Assembly: GCA_041660605.1 (NCBI GenBank)
Contig: JBAZWB010000001.1
Span: forward strand, 329,295-393,294
Direction: 5' to 3'
DNA length: 64,000 nt
Origin: Patescibacteria group bacterium
Lineage (GTDB): Bacteria > Patescibacteriota > Patescibacteriia > UBA10025 > JAHIVO01
In this document: positions 26,947-36,826 of the stretch, one piece after another
Layout of the letters: each line of letters opens with the position of its first letter
Position numbering within the stretch: position 1 is the stretch's first letter
Position numbers and translations under genes: made by a program
Notes under the pieces: generated by a model
Databases searched by the model: none
What the model was told of the DNA's origin: nothing
What the model saw: only the letters and a program-made list of their open reading frames with translations

Positions 26947-29067
26947 ATGCCAAAAAAAATACCAAAATATAATAAAAAAGCGAAGGAAAAGGGCAATCTA
27001 GACAATTCTTCGACTGTTGAAAATACCCCGGAGGAATTAAAAAACGAAATTGCTCAGACGAAAAAAATCACCGTTGAAGATGATGATGTTATTCGTGAAG
27101 ACTCGGATATCGGACTGCCGGTAAATAAGTCAAAATTATCCTTTGACGATTTCAATAGCATCTACAAAAGCAAAAAAGGAGAAAGCGTGGACATGAGCAG
27201 AATAGAAAGACGCGATCCGAACCGCAAAAAAAAGCTCGTCGCCTGGATAACGGCCGGACTGATCGTGCTGCTGGCAGTGACGGTAGCGGGTTTTTATTTT
27301 TTTGTGCACCATGAGAAGAAATTCGAAGGCGATAATATCACCATGTCCCTGGATGCGCCCGGAATAATTTCTTCGGGCACTGACGTTGGTTTGACTTTGG
27401 AGGTAAGCAATAATGAGCAGATAGATATCCTGAAAGCTGAGGTGACTATGCAGTTTCCCAGCGGTTTTACTTTCAGTTCCTCTTCGCCGGTTGCCCTGAA
27501 TGAAGCCAATAATGCCTGGGACCTGGGCGATATCAAAAGCGGACAGTCGAAAAAAGTCCTGATTACCGGCCGGGTTAACGGGGATATCGGGTCCGGCCTG
27601 ATGGCCACCGCAGTGCTGAATTACGTGCCGGCAAATTTTAATTCTGATTTTCAGAAGCGGGAAACTTTTACCCTGAATATTTCAGACAGTGCGGTCAGCC
27701 TGAATTTCGAAGTACCGCCAAAAGCCATCAGCGGCAGCAGCGCGGATTATAAGATAATAGTGAAAAATTCTTCAGCGGACGCGATGAAAAAAATGCAGTT
27801 AGCGCTGACTTTGCCGGAGGGATTTGAGGCGGATAATTTCAGTCCCCAGCCGACCTCGGAAAAGGACATGATCTGGGATATTGATTCCCTTGACGGCGGC
27901 CAGGAATATTCCCTGACCTGGAAAGGCGTGGTGACAGGGAACGAAGGGGAGATGAGGGAGCTCAAGGCAAAGGCGGGATATACCGATGACCAGGGTCAGT
28001 ATCATGAGCAGGCCGAGGAGGACACGATAATTTTTATTTTTAATCCGCAGCTTATACTGGGTCTCTCGATCCATGACAGCCTCACTGATGGAACCGTTTC
28101 ATTCGGAGAAAAGCTCGACTATGTGATTACCTTTCAAAACAAGAGCCAGTCGGAATTTAATAATCTGACTTTGCAGATGAACATTGTCAGCCCTTTGATT
28201 GACTGGCCGAGTCTGGCTGACGCATATAGCGGCTCACTTGGAGAGAATACAATCACCTGGGACAGCAGCCAGTGGAGCGCGCTGAAAAAGATTAAACCTG
28301 GCGATGAAGGAGTGTTGAGATTCAGCGTAGCCCTGAAAGATAATATTTTGACGCCCAATGACAATGATAAAAATTATGCCATTTTTTCACAAGCCAAGGC
28401 CAGCTCAACAGAGGTGGTTGATCTGGAAGGCGGTCTGAAAGTGGACAGCAATCAGATCAGCACAAAAGTAAACAGTCGCCTGGACCTGAAGGCAGAAGGC
28501 CGTTATTATAATGACGGATACATTGCCGTTGGCAGCGGACCATTGCCGCCTGAGGTGGGAGAAAAAACCACTTATCAGATTTACTGGTTTTTGCAGAATA
28601 ATGTTAATGAAGTAACAGACGCGCAGGCCAGCGCGGTTTTGCCGGAAGGCGTTGACTGGGCTGATGACAGCTCTGTTTCAGCCGGGTCAATAAATTATAA
28701 TGCAGAAACTAGGACGGTTACCTGGTCTATAAATAAAATTCCGATTCATGTCGGCCAGCAGATACCGGAGCTGGAAGCGCGTTTTGCCGTTTCCATTATT
28801 CCCACCGCAGATGATTTGGGAAATATTCTGGTTTTGCTGGATAAGAGCACGGCCACAGCCAGAGATACCTTTACCGCGCAGAATTTAAGTGTTACCCAGG
28901 ATATAATCACTTCCGAACTGCCAAACGACCCGCTGGGTACCGGTAAAGGCATTGTGGTCGGCACCGGCGCGACAAATAGCAATTCAAATTCCAATACGAA
29001 TACAAGTACGAATATAAATTCCGCTACGAATAAAAATTCAAATTCCAATACGAATACTGCACATTAG
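26947..29067 (+). CDS. membrane-anchored protein with repeated Ig-like (DUF11-like) domains and an Asn/Thr-rich tail
   Basis: single TM near aa 100-120, repeated W.LG.I..G / LP.G motifs, GPLPP.VGE.T.Y. Confidence 0.8.
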   Translation: MPKKIPKYNKKAKEKGNLDNSSTVENTPEELKNEIAQTKKITVEDDDVIREDSDIGLPVNKSKLSFDDFNSIYKSKKGESVDMSRIERRDPNRKKKLVAWITAGLIVLLAVTVAGFYFFVHHEKKFEGDNITMSLDAPGIISSGTDVGLTLEVSNNEQIDILKAEVTMQFPSGFTFSSSSPVALNEANNAWDLGDIKSGQSKKVLITGRVNGDIGSGLMATAVLNYVPANFNSDFQKRETFTLNISDSAVSLNFEVPPKAISGSSADYKIIVKNSSADAMKKMQLALTLPEGFEADNFSPQPTSEKDMIWDIDSLDGGQEYSLTWKGVVTGNEGEMRELKAKAGYTDDQGQYHEQAEEDTIIFIFNPQLILGLSIHDSLTDGTVSFGEKLDYVITFQNKSQSEFNNLTLQMNIVSPLIDWPSLADAYSGSLGENTITWDSSQWSALKKIKPGDEGVLRFSVALKDNILTPNDNDKNYAIFSQAKASSTEVVDLEGGLKVDSNQISTKVNSRLDLKAEGRYYNDGYIAVGSGPLPPEVGEKTTYQIYWFLQNNVNEVTDAQASAVLPEGVDWADDSSVSAGSINYNAETRTVTWSINKIPIHVGQQIPELEARFAVSIIPTADDLGNILVLLDKSTATARDTFTAQNLSVTQDIITSELPNDPLGTGKGIVVGTGATNSNSNSNTNTSTNINSATNKNSNSNTNTAH

Positions 29068-29693
29068 CCGGCAGTCTGGTTCTGGGCTGTCTGATCCGTT
29101 TTATTATTGCCAGGGTTTTCCTCTTTTTGCACGAAGTGCAGGATAATGCTCAGGGCGGCAAAAAATACCGCCAGCCACATAACAATTTCCGACAGATCAA
29201 TAGTGAATTTGCTGTTTAAATTGATAAGCAGTATCAGCAAGCTCAGGCTCTCCAGAGCCATTTTTATTTTACCGGCGTTGTTGGCGCCCAACTTGCGGCG
29301 GATTTTGAACAATTTTGCCATTAATGGCCCCAGCACGATGGCCAGAAAAATCAGAAAGGTTTCCAGCGCAACGATCGTGACTATAACTTCATGGCTCAAG
29401 CGGCCTGGCGCCAGCATCAGCAGCATTCCCAGGAACAGGATTTTATCCGCTGCCGGATCAAGAAGTTTGCCCAGATTTGTCACCCGCTGGTAAAAACGCG
29501 CATACGGCCCGTCCAGCAGATCAGTCAAGATGGCGACGATTAAAAAAAGTATTACCCATGGATATGCCCCTTGCCGGTAGATAAAATAAATGGGTATAAT
29601 TAACAAAGCGCGGACGGAGGTCAGCAGGTTGGGTGAAATTTTTTCCGGAATGATTTTTGCCAGTTTTATCACCAAACGCTCCTTAGTGTTCAT
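29064..29693 (-). CDS. CDP-alcohol phosphatidyltransferase (PgsA-like); start could be 29732
   Basis: PNLLTSVR, TDLLDG.YAR.....T.LGK.LDP.ADK signature. Confidence 0.88.
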   Translation of the reverse strand: MNTKERLVIKLAKIIPEKISPNLLTSVRALLIIPIYFIYRQGAYPWVILFLIVAILTDLLDGPYARFYQRVTNLGKLLDPAADKILFLGMLLMLAPGRLSHEVIVTIVALETFLIFLAIVLGPLMAKLFKIRRKLGANNAGKIKMALESLSLLILLINLNSKFTIDLSEIVMWLAVFFAALSIILHFVQKEENPGNNKTDQTAQNQTAG

Positions 29694-29760
29694 TATTGAT
29701 CTCAATAGTTTGAAATTCTGAATTTTGCTCATGCGTTAAATATAGAAGAAAATTCGACTA

Positions 29761-30873
29761 ATGTCTAATAATTTTTTACTTCAAAAAAAGAGCCGAAAGT
29801 CATCCGCCAGAGCGGGAAAGCTGCGGACCATTCACGGAATTATAGATACCCCCTTTTTCATGCCCATCGCTACCCGAGGTGCCGTTAAAACCCTGAGCAG
29901 CGATGAGATAGTCTTTCTTGGCGCGCAGATAATATTATCAAATACCTATCATTTGTGGCAGCGGCCGGGCTTGCCAGTGGTTAAAAAGGCCGGCGGCCTG
30001 CATAAATTCATGAATTGGAAAAAACCGATCCTGACGGATTCGGGCGGGTATCAGGTTTTTTCCCTGGCGCGCTCCAGAAAAATAACCGAACAGGGCGTTA
30101 ATTTTGTCTCAGAAATTGACGGGCGCCGGCATCTGTTGACGCCCGAGCGCGCCATTGAGATACAGAGAATCCTCGGCAGCGATATCATCATGTGCCTGGA
30201 CGAGTGCGCGCCTTATCCGTCCGCCAAGGAGTACATAAAAAAATCCGTGGAACTGACTACCCGCTGGGCGGCACGCTGCCAGAAATATTTTAAGAAAAAA
30301 AAGATGAGAGGACAGCAGATTTTTGGAATTGTTCAGGGTTCAATTTACCGGCAGAGCCGCTTAAAGAGCGCGGCGGATTTGCTGAAAATAAATTTTGACG
30401 GCTACGCAGTCGGCGGGCTGGCAGTCGGCGAGCCGGCAAAAAAAATGTATGAGGTACTGGATTACACGGTGCCTGCTTTGCTGGAGAACAAGCCCCGCTA
30501 CCTGATGGGCGCCGGCAAGCCGGAACAAATCGTCCAGGCGGTGAAACGGGGGATAGACATGTTTGACTGCGTCATACCCACGCGCAACGCCCGGCACGGA
30601 TTGCTTTATAAATTCAAGCCGTCGGTTGATTTAAACCGGAATAAATTTTATGAAGAGATACGCATCAAGCAGTCAAAATATGCAGGTGATTTCAGGCCGT
30701 TAGATGAGCACTGCCAATGCCCTGCCTGCCGGGGTTATTCCCGCGCTTATCTGCGCCATTTGTTCATGATTAACGAAACTCTGGCCTGGCGCCTGGCCAC
30801 CCTGCACAACGTCAGTTTTTATCTGGATTTAATGAAAAAGATCCGCCAGAAAATTTTACGGGGTCAGTTTTAG
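29761..30873 (+). CDS. tgt: tRNA-guanine transglycosylase
   Basis: TPFFMPIAT, LSNTYHL, TDSGGYQVFSL, PRYLMG, DMFDCVIPTRNARHG, C.CPAC..YSRAYL.HL. Confidence 0.96.
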   Translation: MSNNFLLQKKSRKSSARAGKLRTIHGIIDTPFFMPIATRGAVKTLSSDEIVFLGAQIILSNTYHLWQRPGLPVVKKAGGLHKFMNWKKPILTDSGGYQVFSLARSRKITEQGVNFVSEIDGRRHLLTPERAIEIQRILGSDIIMCLDECAPYPSAKEYIKKSVELTTRWAARCQKYFKKKKMRGQQIFGIVQGSIYRQSRLKSAADLLKINFDGYAVGGLAVGEPAKKMYEVLDYTVPALLENKPRYLMGAGKPEQIVQAVKRGIDMFDCVIPTRNARHGLLYKFKPSVDLNRNKFYEEIRIKQSKYAGDFRPLDEHCQCPACRGYSRAYLRHLFMINETLAWRLATLHNVSFYLDLMKKIRQKILRGQF

Positions 30874-30972
30874 CTTGCTGTTTACCTTATTGCGCCCAGT
30901 AATGGACTTATTGACTTTAAAATGATTATGTGGTTAGTTTATGATAGAATGTATTGATATCTATATAATATT

Positions 30973-31392
30973 ATGTCGAAATTGGCAGAAGAATACCTTT
31001 CTTGGGAAGAGACTGAAGGAAAAAAAATAAGGTCTTATACTACTTTAGATTGTAATTCTAAAGAAGTTTTGGTTTGTCCTAAAAATCCGTCGAAACATTC
31101 TAGTCATCATCGACTGGATAATGACCCTACCGTTTTTTATAATTTAAAAAATGTAATTTCACACCCAAACAAAATTATAAAGTCAAAATCTGAAAACCCT
31201 ATATCAAAGCAACATAAAAAAACTGGTAAAATCATTGTTTATACAAAGAAAAATTTTATTGAAGAACTAAATTTACCTGGAGGAAATCAAATTGGTGATG
31301 TTGATGTAGTTGTTAAATATGGAGACAAGGAGACTGGAAAAAATTTTACTTTAACTTATATTATTAAACCTGCATCAGAAAAATTATCATGA
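30973..31392 (+). CDS. hypothetical, possible BECR/RelE-like (DUF4258/PBECR-like) toxin
   Basis: AT-rich ORF; H...H, VI..P..I..S, .VY.K, VVVKY, F.LT pattern. Confidence 0.5.
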   Translation: MSKLAEEYLSWEETEGKKIRSYTTLDCNSKEVLVCPKNPSKHSSHHRLDNDPTVFYNLKNVISHPNKIIKSKSENPISKQHKKTGKIIVYTKKNFIEELNLPGGNQIGDVDVVVKYGDKETGKNFTLTYIIKPASEKLS

Positions 31393-31655
31393 AGGTCCCA
31401 AATTTAACAAATTGGTATATTTCATATAACCCTTATACGGATTTTTTCCAAATTTATAATAAGGATATGTTAAAGTTTTATAAAAATGAGCTTAAACAAA
31501 AAAAGAGGCGTGGTGTGAGTTTTTATTTCAACAAAAATAAATTAATTTTAATCGAGGTTAATGATATTTATAATAGATTTGGAAAAGATATTGATAATTT
31601 AGAGAAAAAAGAAGTTGTTAATTTAATTAGACCTTTAATTAAATCTTATGTATAA
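31389..31655 (+). CDS. DUF2283-like small protein (possible antitoxin)
   Basis: ISYNP.TD.F.I....GV..YF....LI.IEV.D pattern; ATGA overlap with upstream gene. Confidence 0.55.
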   Translation: MKVPNLTNWYISYNPYTDFFQIYNKDMLKFYKNELKQKKRRGVSFYFNKNKLILIEVNDIYNRFGKDIDNLEKKEVVNLIRPLIKSYV

Positions 31656-31932
31656 TAAACCTATGAATGAGCAAAAAAAACAAGTAAATATCGTAATTAC
31701 TAATAAACCCATAGCAACTTCGGTCGACGGAAATAATATTAGAATCCAAAATAACGAACAAGTTGAAATAAATTTTTTTCAAATTATTCAACAACACGAT
31801 AATACAATTGATGCTATTGGTACGGCTAGCGTAAGAATGTCTTTGGCACAGCTTGAACAATTTGTTAAAACAGCTAGTATGGCAATTGAGGATTCAAAAA
31901 AGAAAAAGCAAGTGACAAATGGTGGACAATAA
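31648..31932 (+). CDS. DUF3467-like small protein
   Basis: V.INFFQ.........ASVRMS..Q...F......I pattern. Confidence 0.5.
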   Translation: MYNKPMNEQKKQVNIVITNKPIATSVDGNNIRIQNNEQVEINFFQIIQQHDNTIDAIGTASVRMSLAQLEQFVKTASMAIEDSKKKKQVTNGGQ

Positions 31933-32145
31933 AAATAACTTCGTCGCTCTCTTAGATAAAGCTATCCAACCAGGAGATTTAAAAAGATTCTCAAAAATCT
32001 GTCTGTTCCGGTGGTTATAGTAAAAAAACTCATCTAAATGATTTAGTCTATTAAAGGCCTTATCTATTATTAAAAGATAAGTAGTTTTAACCAGCCCTAT
32101 ACAAAAGTGCTGATTTTTTTTATAATGACTATGGAGGCCTAATTT

Positions 32146-32445
32146 ATGAAAAAGATTACAGTTGTCATCGGAATTATCGCGGTTATACTGATTGCCGTGA
32201 CTTTTTACGTAGTAAAACAGAACAGTCAGGAAGCGGATAATACCGCGAACGCGAACAGCGCTTTGAGGTATGGTGAACTGCCGTCCGAGAATGAAGCTCC
32301 AGATGACTGCTACCGGCGTTACAATGAACAGTTCCCCGGCGTCTTCAGGAGCGGCGAAATGGACTGTCTGGAGACTGATCAGGCAAAATGCCCTTGCTGG
32401 GCGGCTGATAAGAATATTTGCGTGCCCCAGAGGCACTGTATTTAA
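32146..32445 (+). CDS. small exported/anchored Cys-containing protein
   Basis: GGAGG RBS, N-terminal TM, 6 Cys. Confidence 0.7.
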   Translation: MKKITVVIGIIAVILIAVTFYVVKQNSQEADNTANANSALRYGELPSENEAPDDCYRRYNEQFPGVFRSGEMDCLETDQAKCPCWAADKNICVPQRHCI

Positions 32446-32450
32446 ATTAT

Positions 32451-32822
32451 ATGAAAGAATTTTTCAGGCCAACAAAACTAAAGCTGATATTAACGTTCCT
32501 GCTGCCATTCTATTTGGGGATCATTTATGAAATTTCCCAGACGGGGAGCGGCACAGAGGCGGTCGCCACGCCAAATTTTACGGTCAGTTTATTGCCTTAT
32601 ATTTTACTGATTTTTGGGGCAGTGGCGCTGTGGGCGAACAAGGAAGGTTTTTTTGACAAATTATCCCTGATTACGACAGGGCAGGCTGTCTGGTATTTTT
32701 GCCTGGAGGTGATCCTGCCGCTGATCGTAAATTATTTACTGGCCTGTCTGATCGCGTTTATATATTATAAAATAAAAAATCATCATCCCGCGGTCAGGCC
32801 TGCCAATCCAGAAGTAAGATAA
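32451..32822 (+). CDS. small membrane protein
   Basis: 3 hydrophobic segments, FFRPTK.KLIL N-terminus. Confidence 0.7.
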   Translation: MKEFFRPTKLKLILTFLLPFYLGIIYEISQTGSGTEAVATPNFTVSLLPYILLIFGAVALWANKEGFFDKLSLITTGQAVWYFCLEVILPLIVNYLLACLIAFIYYKIKNHHPAVRPANPEVR

Positions 32823-32909
32823 GTTTTACCGCAATCCGGCATACTTATTAACAGTTGTTATTTTTTGAGTTTTTGATAGAATAACAATTACCCATATTTT
32901 AAATATCTT

Positions 32910-33638
32910 ATGGAAAATGAAAATCAAAATTTAACCAAACGGCAGAGGCGCGAAATGCGCAAACAGGAAAAATCCGTTCAGCAGCAGAAAGAAAAAAGGA
33001 ATAACAAAATTACCGTTTGGCTGGTTGTTTTGTTTATAATATTGGTTATCGGAGGCGTAATTTTTTTGGTGGTTAAATCTAATAAAGATTCAAACAGTAA
33101 TACCAATAATAGCGTCAGTACAGCTGACCTGCCTTATCTGGGCGGAGCAAACGCCGGCGTAGTGATGATTGAATATTCAGATTTCAGCTGTCCGGCCTGC
33201 GCGGCCGTCAGCGGTACGGTCAAACAGCTTGCCGATCTTTACGGCGATCAGATAAAGATAGTTTTCAATAGTTTCAATCTTGGGCATAAATGGTCTGAGA
33301 AAAGCCTGGAAGCGGGACAATGCGCTTTTGAACAAGGCAAGTTCTGGGAATTGGGGGCCTTAATGTTTGATAGCCAGGCGGACTGGACCTCAGACAATGG
33401 TGCCGTGGATATCATCAAAGGTTATGCCAAGCAAGTGGGTCTGGATGAAACTAAGTTTAATGAATGCCTTGATTCTGGCCGTATGGCAGATGAAATAAAG
33501 AAAGAAACAAACGCCGCCATTTCCAGCAGCATAAATTCCACTCCTACCTTCAGTATCAATGGCCGGAAAATTCTTGGCGCGGTGGCTATAGATGAGTTCA
33601 AAAAAATTATCGACGAAGAATTAAATAAATTAAAATAA
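32910..33638 (+). CDS. DsbA/thioredoxin-like protein
   Basis: TM anchor, EYSDFSCPAC, STPTF.ING. Confidence 0.9.
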   Translation: MENENQNLTKRQRREMRKQEKSVQQQKEKRNNKITVWLVVLFIILVIGGVIFLVVKSNKDSNSNTNNSVSTADLPYLGGANAGVVMIEYSDFSCPACAAVSGTVKQLADLYGDQIKIVFNSFNLGHKWSEKSLEAGQCAFEQGKFWELGALMFDSQADWTSDNGAVDIIKGYAKQVGLDETKFNECLDSGRMADEIKKETNAAISSSINSTPTFSINGRKILGAVAIDEFKKIIDEELNKLK

Positions 33639-33655
33639 AAAAGAAAGGCACCACA

Positions 33656-34135
33656 ATGATCAATTTCCGCAAGGCTACTTGTGAAGACAGCCCGGCTGTT
33701 TCTCGGCTCCTGAGAAGCAAATACAGTTTTACTACTTCTGATGAAGCGGCAGCAACTTATAATTCAGAATGCCTTGCCCAGCACTACCGTTTGGCGGAGA
33801 GGGAAGGCAAAATTATCGGCCTGGTAAGCTGGCGGCCGCAGGGCATCGCCAAGCATGGTGTGGCGGAATTAACCCGTATCGCCGTTGATTCAGATGAACC
33901 TGATATCAAAACGGTCAAGGAAATGCTTTTTGATGTGACGGTGGCGGAGGCGGATTATTATTATAAGCAGCATGACTCCAAGCTGAGGAAAGTGTTTTCC
34001 ATGATACACGCCGATAATGTCCAAATCAGGAATTTTTTTGTTGATAAGGGCATGAGGCAGGAAGCGGTGCTGAAAGATCATTTTTATTCCGGAAAAGATG
34101 AGCTGGTGTTTTCTCTTTTTTTCCCAACCGTATGA
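33656..34135 (+). CDS. GNAT-fold protein
   Basis: FRKAT.ED, LAE..G.IIG, N....FF...G...EA.L.DHF..GKDE. Confidence 0.7.
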   Translation: MINFRKATCEDSPAVSRLLRSKYSFTTSDEAAATYNSECLAQHYRLAEREGKIIGLVSWRPQGIAKHGVAELTRIAVDSDEPDIKTVKEMLFDVTVAEADYYYKQHDSKLRKVFSMIHADNVQIRNFFVDKGMRQEAVLKDHFYSGKDELVFSLFFPTV

Positions 34136-34623
34136 AATCATTTATAAACAAAACCGCTGTTTTTATTGCCAGCGGTTTTAACGCCGGTTATCTGCCGATC
34201 GGACCAGGTACCTGGGGAGCGGGAACGATGGCGGTGGCCGCCTGGTGGCTAGTTGATCTGCCGCTGGTTTATTATCTGGCAGTCATTGTTTTCTTATTTT
34301 TTTTGGGGGCAGCAGTGTCCGGTCCGGCGGACAGTTATTTTTCTATCAAAAGCGGCAAAGCTCATGACAATGATCAGATAGTTATTGATGAATGGATGGG
34401 CATGCTGATAACGCTTTTACCGTTCTATTATTTCGGAAAAAGCCTGCCGATGCTGATAGTAGGTTTTTTGCTGTTCAGGGTTTTTGACACGGTAAAAATT
34501 GGGCTGGTGGCTCTGGCCGACCGGATAGATAATCGCTGGGGAGTGATGATTGACGATCTGGCGGCCGGCCTGTACGCGGGTATTTTCTTTTTCCTGGCCA
34601 TATGGTTTACTAAGATTATATGA
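34132..34623 (+). CDS. pgpA: phosphatidylglycerophosphatase A
   Basis: GYLP.GPGTWG, IVIDE..G, FLLFRVFD..K, GVMIDDL.AG. Confidence 0.9.
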   Translation: MKSFINKTAVFIASGFNAGYLPIGPGTWGAGTMAVAAWWLVDLPLVYYLAVIVFLFFLGAAVSGPADSYFSIKSGKAHDNDQIVIDEWMGMLITLLPFYYFGKSLPMLIVGFLLFRVFDTVKIGLVALADRIDNRWGVMIDDLAAGLYAGIFFFLAIWFTKII

Positions 34624-35579
34624 AATTATTAGTGGCCATACCGGCCTTTAATGAGGAAAAAACCGTTTCTGAGGTGATTAAAAATATTCCCCGCTCAATA
34701 AGCGGAATTGAAACACTAGATATATTGGTCATTAATGACGGTTCCAATGATAATACGAAAAAATTAGCGTCTGCGGCGGGCGCCCGCGTTTTTGATTTTC
34801 CCGAGCATCTCGGACTGGCCAAAGCCTTTCAAAAGGCGGTGGATACGGCTTTGTCTGAACATTACGACATTTTGGTTAATATTGACGCGGATATGCAGTT
34901 TGACCCCCATGATATTCCTAAGCTGGTAGCGCCGGTAGCCAGCGGGCAGGCGGATTGTGTTACCGCCTCGCGTTTCAAGGATGCTAGTTTAATACCGCCA
35001 ATGCCGGTTTCCAAGAAATGGGGCAACAGGAAAGTAGCCTCATTGATTAGTTTTATTACCGGTCATAAGTTATATGACGTTTCCTGCGGCTTTCGCGCTT
35101 ACTCCCGTGAAGCGCTTCTTAATCTTAACCTCTTCAGTAAATTTACTTATACCCACGAAACCATTTTGAATCTGGCATTTAAGGGCTTGACTGTTTTGGA
35201 AATGCCTATCAAAGTGCGTGGGGAACGGCAGTATGGCGAGTCGAAAATCGCCCGTAGTTTATGGAAATACGGCTACAATATTTTTAACACGATTTTCCGC
35301 ACTATCCTGGATTATAAACCTTTGAAGTTTTTCGGCTGGGCGGGGGCAAGCTTATTCTCGATTGGCATTATATTAGACCTGTTTATTTTTATTCGCTTAT
35401 TGGCAATTGGCGAAGTCTCCCCCTATAAAACCGTTGGATTTCTCGGCCTGGCCCTGAATATTTTCGGACTGCTGCTGTTTATTGTCGGACTATTAGCCGA
35501 TAGCATAAACAGAACCAGGATTACCCAGGAAAGAGTATTGTATGAGGTGAAAAAAATTAATTTAAAAAGCAGAAATTGA
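34620..35579 (+). CDS. glycosyltransferase family 2 (polyprenol-phosphate glycosyltransferase-like)
   Basis: IPAFNEE, INDGSND, DAD.Q, D...GFRAYS, two C-terminal TMs. Confidence 0.9.
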   Translation: MKLLVAIPAFNEEKTVSEVIKNIPRSISGIETLDILVINDGSNDNTKKLASAAGARVFDFPEHLGLAKAFQKAVDTALSEHYDILVNIDADMQFDPHDIPKLVAPVASGQADCVTASRFKDASLIPPMPVSKKWGNRKVASLISFITGHKLYDVSCGFRAYSREALLNLNLFSKFTYTHETILNLAFKGLTVLEMPIKVRGERQYGESKIARSLWKYGYNIFNTIFRTILDYKPLKFFGWAGASLFSIGIILDLFIFIRLLAIGEVSPYKTVGFLGLALNIFGLLLFIVGLLADSINRTRITQERVLYEVKKINLKSRN

Positions 35580-35580
35580 T

Positions 35581-36771
35581 ATGCGTATATGCGTTTTGAC
35601 CACTTCTTTCCCTACCGAAGAAAGGGGCTATCATGGTTTTTTCATATTTGAGCAAGCAATCCAGCTAGCACGGCGCGGTTTTCAAATAGAGGTGGTGGCG
35701 CCAAACAGCAGTTATCCTGCCAAGTCTATTGATGAAAAAAATTTGCACATCAGCCGTTTCAATTATTTTATTCCTCATAGATTGCAGCGGGTTGCGTACG
35801 GGAGCGGTATTGTTAATAATTTAAAAAAGAGTTTATTGGCAAAACTGCAGTTGCCGTTTTTTTTGCTTTTTTATTTTATCCAGTCCTTTAAATCTGCCAG
35901 GCAATGCGACATCTTGCATGCCCACTGGCTGCCTTCAGGGTTAATCGCCGTCATCTGCGGAAAATTATTAAAGAAACCTTCTATTGTTACGATACACGGT
36001 TCAGACCTAAATAGTTTTTCAAAATCCTTAGTATTTAAAAAAATTTGCGTGGTAATCTTTAAACGCATAAATCGGATTATTGTTGTCAGTGAATCGCTGA
36101 AGCATGCGGTAGAAGGCCTGGGCGCTGATCCAGGCAAGGTATTGATTATTCCTAACGGCATTCCGGACGCTGAAGTCTTTTTGTCCCTGCCTGTAAAAAA
36201 ACAGTGCGATTATAGATTATTGTGGGTGGGGCGCCTGATTCCGGAAAAAAATGTTGAGATGCTATTGAATTGTTTTATAAAAATAAAAAAAAGTTTTCCG
36301 AAGAGCAGCCTGGTGCTTATTGGCGATGGAACCGAGAGATCAAGATTGCAGAAATTTGCCGGGCAACATGGCATTGCCGGGAGTGTTGTCTTTTCTGGTT
36401 TCAGAAAACGGGATGAATTGCCGGAATATTATAAAGACGCGGATATTTTTGTTCTCCCTTCGAAAAATGAGGGATTCGGCGTGGTAGCTTTAGAGGCTAT
36501 GGCCAGCGCCAAACCGATAATAGCCAGCGACGTCGGCGGCCTTAGGGAAATAATAAAGAATGGGCATGACGGGTTGCTGGTCAGTCCAAGCGACTCGGAT
36601 GGGTTTGTAGAAAAAATTTCACAGCTTTTCAATAATGAAGATTATAGGCGGAGATTATCTGAGAATGCCCGTAAAAGCGCAGTTGAACGATATAGCTGGG
36701 ACAATATTACGCGGAAATTAACTACGCTGTATACGCAGTGCCTGGCAAATAAGCATAATTCTTACACTTAA
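35581..36771 (+). CDS. glycosyltransferase family 4
   Basis: HAHW, TIHGSD, FVLPS..EGFGVVALEAMAS.KP. Confidence 0.92.
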   Translation: MRICVLTTSFPTEERGYHGFFIFEQAIQLARRGFQIEVVAPNSSYPAKSIDEKNLHISRFNYFIPHRLQRVAYGSGIVNNLKKSLLAKLQLPFFLLFYFIQSFKSARQCDILHAHWLPSGLIAVICGKLLKKPSIVTIHGSDLNSFSKSLVFKKICVVIFKRINRIIVVSESLKHAVEGLGADPGKVLIIPNGIPDAEVFLSLPVKKQCDYRLLWVGRLIPEKNVEMLLNCFIKIKKSFPKSSLVLIGDGTERSRLQKFAGQHGIAGSVVFSGFRKRDELPEYYKDADIFVLPSKNEGFGVVALEAMASAKPIIASDVGGLREIIKNGHDGLLVSPSDSDGFVEKISQLFNNEDYRRRLSENARKSAVERYSWDNITRKLTTLYTQCLANKHNSYT

Positions 36772-36826
36772 CAGGAAGAAGCCTGACCGGCTTCATTTCA
36801 CGTAATTGCATAAAATTATTTGTTTT

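Noticed and set aside
28975-29060. Repeat AATTCAAATTCCAATACGAATAC
   Set aside because: Low-complexity Asn/Ser/Thr coding tail.
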